Shown piece after piece: positions 56,477 through 64,000 of a DNA stretch of 64,000 nucleotides (position 1 is its first letter; the number at the start of each line of letters is the position of its first letter). Made by a program: the position numbers and the translations under genes. The DNA lies in the IMG/VR virus record IMGVR_UViG_3300013132_000025, positions 65,641 to 129,640 of that record; one strand, given 5' to 3'. The stretch is from a virus. The notes beneath the pieces are model-generated. The model worked only from the letters and a program-made list of their open reading frames with translations. It was not told the origin of the DNA and ran no database searches.

Positions 56477-56991
56477 TATTCCTCCGTTGGTTTTGTCGCA
56501 ACAAGAGCAACTGAAGGCCTTGTCATTTGAAGAACTTCTTCTACTACTCGTAGAAAATCAGGATCATTTTCTAATTTTTTGTTTAGTTTATATTCATCAA
56601 TCTCTGGAACAAGAGTAACTATCTCTTCAAAATAGGAAGGATAATTATCTTTTAGTAATTCAAGATTAATTGTAGGCTTGCCATGTGAAATTCTTCTATA
56701 GAATTGGGCGCCATTCTCAAATATAATCTTTTTAGGAACATAAGACTCTTTTTCTTGAATCTTTACTGTTCTTCCTGATACAGATACAATGTCAAACGTG
56801 GGATATCTTTGCTGAACATATTCTTCGATATCTTCAACGTATTCTGGAACATCAAATATTTTTACTTCAGCCTGACGCTCAGGAACAATTTCACTATCAA
56901 GCATATTCTTATACTTCTTAATATCTGCCTCAACAGAATCTTTTAAATCCTGAAGTTCTCTAATTTTCTCGTAAATGTCTGTCGTATTCAT
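56476..56991 (-). CDS. Hypothetical protein
   Basis: 171 aa. Confidence 0.65.
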   Translation of the reverse strand: MNTTDIYEKIRELQDLKDSVEADIKKYKNMLDSEIVPERQAEVKIFDVPEYVEDIEEYVQQRYPTFDIVSVSGRTVKIQEKESYVPKKIIFENGAQFYRRISHGKPTINLELLKDNYPSYFEEIVTLVPEIDEYKLNKKLENDPDFLRVVEEVLQMTRPSVALVATKPTEE

Positions 56992-57160
56992 AACTTTTCC
57001 TTATTTCTTGAACATGAGAACAATCTCCCCTAAATGAAAACCCTCGGCAATCACAAAAAGGGTCGCAAAGAGGATATCCTATTCCAACAACAGTATACAC
57101 CTTTCCGCGAGGTGAAACTTTAACAATCGAATTAGGAAAATCTTTTTTAATTGGCTTCAT
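56960..57160 (-). CDS. SWIM zinc-finger protein
   Basis: YTV..CDCRGFSFRGDCSH. Confidence 0.65.
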   Translation of the reverse strand: MKPIKKDFPNSIVKVSPRGKVYTVVGIGYPLCDPFCDCRGFSFRGDCSHVQEIRKSYEYDRHLREN

Positions 57161-57521
57161 CTTCTAGGGGTTCTTCATTGTATGGAACATTAACATGATT
57201 TAAAAATTCTTTCATCATATCAATAAGCCTAAAACAAACGACTTGTGCCAAAATATCGTGGAGAACATATTCTCCTCCTGCTTCAAAAACAAGGGAATCA
57301 AAAGTAAATTCCTTATGCTCAAAGAATACTTCTGTAAGTTCAACTTCTCCAGAAGATTGGGCATCAGTAAGGGCACCAATTGCCAACTCAAGCATAGTGT
57401 CAAGTTGAACAGGAACTGAAATTTCTTGTTTTTTGAGAAGATTTTCTAGCGCAACTAAAACCCTTTTTGAAAGCCTGATAAAAGGGTCATTTTCAATAAC
57501 AAGATTTTCAGTATTACTCAT
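57147..57521 (-). CDS. Hypothetical protein
   Basis: 124 aa. Confidence 0.6.
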   Translation of the reverse strand: MSNTENLVIENDPFIRLSKRVLVALENLLKKQEISVPVQLDTMLELAIGALTDAQSSGEVELTEVFFEHKEFTFDSLVFEAGGEYVLHDILAQVVCFRLIDMMKEFLNHVNVPYNEEPLEDEAN

Positions 57522-57628
57522 CGCTCTCTTCTGTTAGTGACCAAAAGTAGTTTTCCAGCGGGCAATCTACCCGATTACAATCTGTTGGATTTATCTTACC
57601 ACAAAGTTTACAACTTACATTATAATCA

Positions 57629-57922
57629 TCAGTCATTTTCTGCCAACTTATGTCCGTATGCAAAACTATCACACTCATTGCATAGAGTAATAAATTTTTT
57701 ATTGAAGTCTATGGCCCAATATAATTTTTTATGGGGGCAATCCTGACTCTCTTCCCCGGGCCAAACTTTCTTGATTTTATTATCTGTTACGATAACCCGC
57801 CAGATATAAATATCATCATCTTGGGGGTCGGTTTTTAGTCTCATTAAATGATCCCCAACATAGGGTTGAAATAATGGGATTTTTTCTTGCTCTAGGTCTT
57901 CTTCTGAATCAAAAGAATCCAT
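57629..57922 (-). CDS. Hypothetical protein
   Basis: CPH..CNEC; AAAGGA RBS. Confidence 0.6.
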   Translation of the reverse strand: MDSFDSEEDLEQEKIPLFQPYVGDHLMRLKTDPQDDDIYIWRVIVTDNKIKKVWPGEESQDCPHKKLYWAIDFNKKFITLCNECDSFAYGHKLAEND

Positions 57923-57933
57923 AGTTATCCTTT

Positions 57934-60900
57934 TTACATAAACAGATCTTGATCTTCAAGTGGAAGTTCGTATGTTTCTTCTTCTATTGTAGCAGTCTGT
58001 TCAAAATTTGCAAGTTCAGGATAATGTGTTCCTTCTAAATTAAGACGGTCTAGATTTCTTGCGACACCCTGTTCATCAATTAATTCTCTTTGTTGAGAAG
58101 TTGACAAATTGGCAGTTTTATTTATTGGTTTCCATTTAGCAGCGCGATTCCAATATTCAATTTCTTGTTTAGTTTTACCCTTTTGCCAAGGCTCGTCTTC
58201 TAGCCAGTGGCCTCTTGTTGGGTCGTTATCGCGTCGGATTGCTCTCATTGCTTTTTGCCTTTCTTCCCAAGGTAGTTCTGAATATTCAATATCTTTTGCT
58301 CCAACAGATCCTTCAGATTCTTCTTCGCCGTAAATATTATAGCCGGAAAGAGGCAGATCAGCATTTTGCATCTCTTGTGACCAAAAATCTTTTAACTCTT
58401 TTTTTTGACTGTCGTTCATTTTCTCCGGTAGATGTGGGTGACTTAAATGGACAAGATGTTTAGTTTGCGGATTATAAATTCCTCGGACAGTGTAATCGCT
58501 ATAAATATTTCCACTTTCCATACGGTTATTAGCCTTTGCAACAGTCTTGTTGTTTTTTAATAATTGATTAAACAAAACGTCTATGTGACCTAAACGATCA
58601 TTTGGCGCAACTTCTGTGTGCCAATCTCCAGTTTCTGGATTTTGTGTAGAAATAATTGCGTGATACCCGGGAAGATAATAGGCCTCTTTTTCTAAAGAAG
58701 CAGTTTTCATCGGTTCAAACTTATATTTAGAAGTTCTCATCTTTTCTTCATCAAGAGAAAGATCAATGCCCGCTTCACTCAAACGAACTTGCAATTTTTT
58801 TGGCCCGTTATTAATTACACGGATAACGTCAGGGATTGGATACTCGGGGGAAGTCATCTTGTAGATCTTCCCCCTTTCTAATAAATTTCCTTGCGTATCC
58901 TTCCAAGCGGCGATTTTTGCAGTTGTGGCTGAGGGAAGTTTTGCCGCAGATGGGGCGGCGATTTCTCCCGCACTTGATGCAATATCTGGTTGATTACCTA
59001 AACCCGTGGGGTGTCCTTGGGGTTGTTGTTTTTGGGAATTAAGCCAATTTTTTGCCATTTGAGGAGGAACATTTGGATACATCTGAGAAAGTTGCATTAA
59101 CTCTTGTTGTTGTTTTTGTGCTTCAGTCAATTGCAATGGATTTGGAGGTAATCCCACATTTTGTGCCCCCATACCTGTTGTTGGCATATTTAAATTTGTT
59201 GCTGAAGGAACTCCAGCATTGGGCATGGCAGTATAATCATAAGCCCATTTTTCCTGTTGAGGAGTTATTAGGTTAGAGTCGGCTTGTTGATTGATTTTTG
59301 TATCTTCGTTAGCACCCGAATTGGAAAGAGTTGTTGGACCGCTATATTCATAATCATCTTGTAGATGCTGCTTAAGAGAATCAATTTTATCTTGTAGTTC
59401 ATCTTGAGAAATGGTGTCTTGGCCATATTCAGAAATATATTCATCATATGCTTCGTGGAGACTCGTCAGGTCGTGTGGGGGTTCTTCTGATTCTGGATGC
59501 ATTTCATAAAAAATTTCATTCTCTGCGACCATGGTTAAAAAACTCTCTTTTGCATCATATTTATATTTTGAACTATTTTCATCAATATTGAAATCGGACA
59601 TAGGCATGTTTTTTGTTTCTTCCCACGCCTCATCAAGAAGATTATCAACATCTAGATTATCTTCTGAATTTTCCCAATTAATTCCTAATTTTGCAACTGC
59701 TAGATCAACTAAAGGGTCATTGTTTGCCACCCTCTTTGCTTGATCAATAGCCCATAGGGTTCTTTCAAGCCCAAAAGATGGATTTAATTCTTCTACAATC
59801 TGTTCTTCGTGTGCCCCAGCGTCTAGATATTTAGCAACCTTGGCTAAAACTGGACGATCTTCTTCAGCATAATCTTCAAAAACAGACTCATCAACTGATG
59901 CAAAAATAGGTTTAATTTTAAGATTATCGTGAGAAGCCATTGCTCCCGGAATTAAACCTTGGCCTTGAGGAAGTTTTTGTGGAGTTCCCGCTCCATCAAT
60001 TGGAACAGGGCTAGGAGCAGCATCTTGATTTGCAATAGAAGCGCTTCCTTCGGCAGGGTCAGTAACGTCAGGAAGGCCACTGTCGCCAGAATTGGGAACT
60101 TCACCTAGAGGTAGCGGGCTAGTCATTACGGCATTGTGATATTCAGAGGGAACAGCAGTTAGAATTGTTTGCAATTCTGCAATAGTGCTGGCTTCGTGAG
60201 CGTAACTAAAATATACCCACCATTCCGCTCTGTTTTCTGCTTCGCCAGAGTCGGCCCAAGCCTTAAGAGCGGCAATAACCTGCGCTCTAAGCGTTTCGAT
60301 ATCTTCATTACGCTTTTTGGGGCCGGGAGAGGTAGCGGCCTCAAACATAAGATTGTCTGTAACGTGCTGATATGGCATTTCGTAGCGATTATTTGAATAA
60401 GTAGGTTGTGGACCTTTTAGATCCCAATCTGTTGTTTGGATAGGAGCGCCAGCAGCCCCGCCTCCATCACCGCCGCCAAGCATATCTCCAACAATTGGAA
60501 CATTTTGAAGCGCTTGTCCAAGGCCAACTGCTTGCAATCCTTTGCCGACATACGGCATCAATTTTGGAGCAAGTGTCGCCCCAGCAGCAATTAATGCTGG
60601 AATAATAGCCTCTTTTTGAAAACTTCCAAAAGTGCTAATTCCATTTTTATTGTCATTTGTTGCAAAAAGATCTACAATTGTTCTTGTGCCCGGAAGATCT
60701 TCTGGTCCCAAGTTTGCATCGGAACAGGTGTGTAAAAAGTCCATCATTGCTGACTGAAACCCATCAATTTCATCTAGATTTTCTGGGCCTAGGTCTTTAT
60801 GTCTTTTGCAAGAATTAACTTCTTGAAAGAATTTTTGCACAGCAGCCTCTGGATGTTCAAGAGGATCTGGGTATTCTGTTGCTTCAGGGTCATAATCAAT

Positions 60901-60975
60901 ATCTGCGGGGCTAACCATCTCTCCAATGGCTAATTTCCTGTCCAAACTGGACATTCTGAATGCGAAATCGGACAC
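57934..60975 (-). CDS. Large modular virion protein sharing the RGxYNPxT module with the giant ORF
   Basis: KEA|YYLPGYHAII..LGHID..RGIYNPQTKHLVHLSHP; K-x-[AS] linkers. Confidence 0.7.
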   Translation of the reverse strand: MSDFAFRMSSLDRKLAIGEMVSPADIDYDPEATEYPDPLEHPEAAVQKFFQEVNSCKRHKDLGPENLDEIDGFQSAMMDFLHTCSDANLGPEDLPGTRTIVDLFATNDNKNGISTFGSFQKEAIIPALIAAGATLAPKLMPYVGKGLQAVGLGQALQNVPIVGDMLGGGDGGGAAGAPIQTTDWDLKGPQPTYSNNRYEMPYQHVTDNLMFEAATSPGPKKRNEDIETLRAQVIAALKAWADSGEAENRAEWWVYFSYAHEASTIAELQTILTAVPSEYHNAVMTSPLPLGEVPNSGDSGLPDVTDPAEGSASIANQDAAPSPVPIDGAGTPQKLPQGQGLIPGAMASHDNLKIKPIFASVDESVFEDYAEEDRPVLAKVAKYLDAGAHEEQIVEELNPSFGLERTLWAIDQAKRVANNDPLVDLAVAKLGINWENSEDNLDVDNLLDEAWEETKNMPMSDFNIDENSSKYKYDAKESFLTMVAENEIFYEMHPESEEPPHDLTSLHEAYDEYISEYGQDTISQDELQDKIDSLKQHLQDDYEYSGPTTLSNSGANEDTKINQQADSNLITPQQEKWAYDYTAMPNAGVPSATNLNMPTTGMGAQNVGLPPNPLQLTEAQKQQQELMQLSQMYPNVPPQMAKNWLNSQKQQPQGHPTGLGNQPDIASSAGEIAAPSAAKLPSATTAKIAAWKDTQGNLLERGKIYKMTSPEYPIPDVIRVINNGPKKLQVRLSEAGIDLSLDEEKMRTSKYKFEPMKTASLEKEAYYLPGYHAIISTQNPETGDWHTEVAPNDRLGHIDVLFNQLLKNNKTVAKANNRMESGNIYSDYTVRGIYNPQTKHLVHLSHPHLPEKMNDSQKKELKDFWSQEMQNADLPLSGYNIYGEEESEGSVGAKDIEYSELPWEERQKAMRAIRRDNDPTRGHWLEDEPWQKGKTKQEIEYWNRAAKWKPINKTANLSTSQQRELIDEQGVARNLDRLNLEGTHYPELANFEQTATIEEETYELPLEDQDLFM

Positions 60976-61018
60976 TTTAACTCCTTGTTATGAAGATCTA
61001 ACCTTTATTATCAGGAAA

Positions 61019-62485
61019 CTACAACAATACAGGTTCCGTGCCGCCTATAGATATGCTAATTATATCTCCAGTTACTGTCCCGTGAACAGTTGGGTTATCA
61101 TTTATATTTAATGTAATTGGAGCCGATTGCCTTATGCCTATTTTTTCTTTAAATGTAATCAATTGGAGGCCCTGCAAGGCTATACTACTGGTTAATTCAG
61201 TAACAGCAAATGTTTCTTCGGCGGTCTTAAGAACAGAGGCGTTTCCTATCTCAGAAATTAAGAATAAATAATCTAATCTTGCATAATCTGCATGATAGAA
61301 CGGCGTTTCTATAAGATTACCTAATTGTTTTCCTATAAGGCCAACCGATTTGTCTCGTTCTGTTATTGATGCAGAGTCTGTCTTAGCAACACTTGCGTTG
61401 ATTTCTGCAAAATCAGAAAATATTATTGAATCTGCTTGTGTTAGAGAAATTATTGTGTTTTCTACAAAGTCAAGCGAATCTGATTGAGTCAAAACATTAG
61501 ACACAATCTCCGTAAGATTGCCCGAGTCAATAACTGATACTGTAATAGAGACATTTTCTCCGAATGTTATGTTTTGAGTGCCGAGCGCATTTACGTCTAG
61601 ATCTTTTGCATCTGATACCGTGACACTATCTGTAACATTTGTATCTGTTGTTAACTCAAACAATTCTTGATAGACAAACTCATCTTGAGAACTAACAGAG
61701 ATAGTAAGAGATTTGAGTGCGTCTGTTATTGTCAGATTGTCACTTTCAACAAGTGAAAGAGAAGCGAATTCAGATACGCTTATAGACTCTACTAATAGAA
61801 TCTCAATGTTTGGAGTTGCTTCTAAAAGAATTGGATCGTCAGAACTTGACAACGTAGTTGCAATGAACTGATAATCAAACTCATCGTTCCAATGCATATG
61901 ATCAAAGCCGGGAGGATTTGCCGTGACAAATCCGCTGAAGTCTATGTAGGTTTGATCAAGATCAAATGTATTTACAAAAGTAGATAGAGTAGTAAGAACA
62001 TCAGTTGCCTGTGCTTGATCTGTTTGAGCAAAAGCAATATCATTTATAAATTCTGAGGCGGTAATTGAGTCTTCAATAAAGACTCCAATTATTACAGCAT
62101 CTTCAACAGAAGCGGAGTCTGATGCATTAAGCGCGGCGCTGACTGTTTCTCCAACATAAACATGATCATGTGGGCCAAGGATTGATATAGGCCCGATTGA
62201 ATCAGCAAAGGTTGCAGCATCAAACTGCTCAAATGTTATTGATTCAAACTTATCTGTTGCAGTTGCAGAATCAAATAGAGTTAAATCAACAGATAGTGTT
62301 ATTGCTTCTGCAAAAGTAAGGCTATCGGTTCTTGGCTCAAATACAAACGGAGCAATTGATTCAGAAAGAGTTGCAGAGTCTGAAGACTCAACATTCTTAA
62401 ATGGAATAGTTACAGCATCATCAATGAAAGTAAATTGAGGAATAAAGACAATAGAGTTTTCATCCGTCGTTACAATAACGCTCAC
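61019..62485 (-). CDS. Acidic Ser/Thr/Asp-rich repetitive structural protein
   Basis: Recurrent xDSxTx[ST][DE] units about every 20 aa. Confidence 0.6.
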   Translation of the reverse strand: MSVIVTTDENSIVFIPQFTFIDDAVTIPFKNVESSDSATLSESIAPFVFEPRTDSLTFAEAITLSVDLTLFDSATATDKFESITFEQFDAATFADSIGPISILGPHDHVYVGETVSAALNASDSASVEDAVIIGVFIEDSITASEFINDIAFAQTDQAQATDVLTTLSTFVNTFDLDQTYIDFSGFVTANPPGFDHMHWNDEFDYQFIATTLSSSDDPILLEATPNIEILLVESISVSEFASLSLVESDNLTITDALKSLTISVSSQDEFVYQELFELTTDTNVTDSVTVSDAKDLDVNALGTQNITFGENVSITVSVIDSGNLTEIVSNVLTQSDSLDFVENTIISLTQADSIIFSDFAEINASVAKTDSASITERDKSVGLIGKQLGNLIETPFYHADYARLDYLFLISEIGNASVLKTAEETFAVTELTSSIALQGLQLITFKEKIGIRQSAPITLNINDNPTVHGTVTGDIISISIGGTEPVLL

Positions 62486-62527
62486 GCCATCTCCTATTAT
62501 TCATTAATTAAACCTTCGTAGAAACAC

Positions 62528-62552
62528 AAAAACCCGCCGAAGCGGGTCTTTG
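62528..62552 (-). terminator. Intrinsic terminator
   Basis: Minus strand GACCCGC-TTCG-GCGGGTT-TTT. Confidence 0.8.
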
Positions 62553-62573
62553 ATTTACATTAGTCTAAATAAA

Positions 62574-63149
62574 TTATGCTAATGAAAGTGATACTGAGAA
62601 TGTCCAAGTAGAAGCGGAAGTCTTTGAACCAAGGTCTTCTTGCTTGCGGTTAAGCATTCTTCCACCAGATACACCATTAAATACACCCCACTCATACCAA
62701 TGGAAGTTTGCATCTGCGGTTCCATAGGTTGAGCGAAATGTAATTGTTCCGGCTCCTGCGCCAGTTCCATCTGTGTGTGATGGGTAAGTAGCATCCATAG
62801 CCTTGCGGATTTGGTTAGCGGTACCAGCCGAGGCTTGAAGGTCGTTCTGAGTTGCGGCTGCGGCTATGGTTCCATTACCTACTCCAATGTGTGCATTTGA
62901 GTTGTTAAAGTAAGTAAGAGTTTGACCGCTTGAAGCATTACCATTGCCGATAAGAGTTTGCCAAATGCAAGAGGCTCCACCGTGCATGAGAAGATTGCCT
63001 TCTTTTTCGATGACTTCATATGGAGTGCCATCAATACTATCGCCGTGAAACTTCTCTACTTTCCACTTGGCTTTCCATTGAATGGGCTGATGAGTTTCGT
63101 AATTAGCACCAATTACGCTTGCCTCTCCCATTTTTACTGATTCTTTCAT
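62574..63149 (-). CDS. Virion structural (tail/baseplate-associated) protein
   Basis: IGVGNG..DL..FRSTYG..ANFHWYEWGVFN..MLNRK..LGSKT..W. Confidence 0.65.
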   Translation of the reverse strand: MKESVKMGEASVIGANYETHQPIQWKAKWKVEKFHGDSIDGTPYEVIEKEGNLLMHGGASCIWQTLIGNGNASSGQTLTYFNNSNAHIGVGNGTIAAAATQNDLQASAGTANQIRKAMDATYPSHTDGTGAGAGTITFRSTYGTADANFHWYEWGVFNGVSGGRMLNRKQEDLGSKTSASTWTFSVSLSLA

Positions 63150-63232
63150 TTAAAATACCTTTCTTTTTACGCGCATAAAAAGAGTTAATTCTTTCTTATA
63201 TTAGAATAAGGAAAAGTTTGTAATAAAGGGAC

Positions 63233-64000
63233 TTAGAACAAGTCTCCAATAAGTCCCCACTCGTCTGTGTCTAATTTAATAACCGAAACTGCTGAATATT
63301 GTGTTCTTATTATAGCCGATGGCGTTGCTCTTAGTGCAACCGTTCCCGCTGTTCCTGCTGAACCTGCTGCAAAAGTTACGGTTCCCGCTGCCATTTGCAT
63401 AAAATCTACTTTTTGTCCGACTGGAAAAGCAACAGAACCGTTTGGGGGCAAAGTAATTGTTATTGCTGTTGCAGAAGTTGTTTTTATTAGTTTGTTTGCA
63501 TCTGCGGTGCCTAAAACATGATTTGAACTTATTGTTCCAAAGGGTTGAGTAACAATATTGGCTACTGTTCCAGCAACAGAACCAATAGCGGAAGTATTAG
63601 TTGATATAGTTCCAAGGGCCGATCCTAATGATGCATTGATTCCTGCAACAGAACCTAAAGTTGCGTTATCTGTATAAACAAGGTTGGCAGTGTTAGTTAT
63701 TCCGTGAACAGAAGCAGTTGCAGAAACGTGGGAACTTACAGAACCTTGCGTGGAATTGACAGAACCTTGAGTGTTGGTTACTGAACCTTGAATTGCAGTA
63801 ACAGTTGGGGAAGTAATGGACCCGGCTGTACTTACGGACATAACTGTACTGCCGGAAGAGTTTTGCCACTCTGCCATATTGGAACTAAGGGCCGTTCCTG
63901 CTTTAATTGTCAGAGGAACATCATCACCATATGTTTCCAGATAAGATTGTTGAGGATGATTGGCATAGTATCTGGAAGTAGATGTTCCAGAAGAAGAGGC
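63233..64000 (-). CDS. Tail fibre-like protein, C-terminal part (starts beyond right edge)
   Basis: Frame is open to 64000; C-terminal ITLPPN.SVAFPVG..Q..AG.VT..RTQYS...KLDTDEW.LIGDL domain. Confidence 0.7.
   Translation of the reverse strand, partial: ASSSGTSTSRYYANHPQQSYLETYGDDVPLTIKAGTALSSNMAEWQNSSGSTVMSVSTAGSITSPTVTAIQGSVTNTQGSVNSTQGSVSSHVSATASVHGITNTANLVYTDNATLGSVAGINASLGSALGTISTNTSAIGSVAGTVANIVTQPFGTISSNHVLGTADANKLIKTTSATAITITLPPNGSVAFPVGQKVDFMQMAAGTVTFAAGSAGTAGTVALRATPSAIIRTQYSAVSVIKLDTDEWGLIGDLF

Overview
A 64-kb segment of a large tailed dsDNA phage genome. The portal, terminase and replication genes resemble those of Bxz1-like actinobacterial myoviruses (recognised from motifs, not from a database search). 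Essentially every real gene is on the minus strand. In transcription order (right to left) the window holds: tail/virion genes; a 1013-aa head-type modular protein; a replication/recombination block (DnaC-like loader, DnaB, primase, SSB, RNase H, DnaE, RecA, Hjc-like and Cas4-like nucleases, RuvC, sigma-4 protein); TerS/TerL; two ~1000-aa head-associated proteins; portal; a phosphoesterase; dNMP kinase; ThyX; then a ~20-kb early region (~8.7-28.8 kb); then AT-rich small genes, a DenV-like glycosylase and a >1745-aa modular protein that runs off the left edge and is missing from the ORF track. The early region differs from its flanks. GC rises from about 45% to about 70% by eye, a manual scan found no GATC, it has a dozen host-type sigma70 promoters and an over-represented TAAAC motif, and it carries a naturally split UvrD/PcrA helicase and a hammerhead ribozyme - structured RNA - tRNA-like element cassette. 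The most notable candidates are this ncRNA cassette, the restriction-site-purged segment (putatively injected first), and virion polyproteins whose modules start right after K-x-[AS] motifs. All motif counts and GC values are manual estimates.
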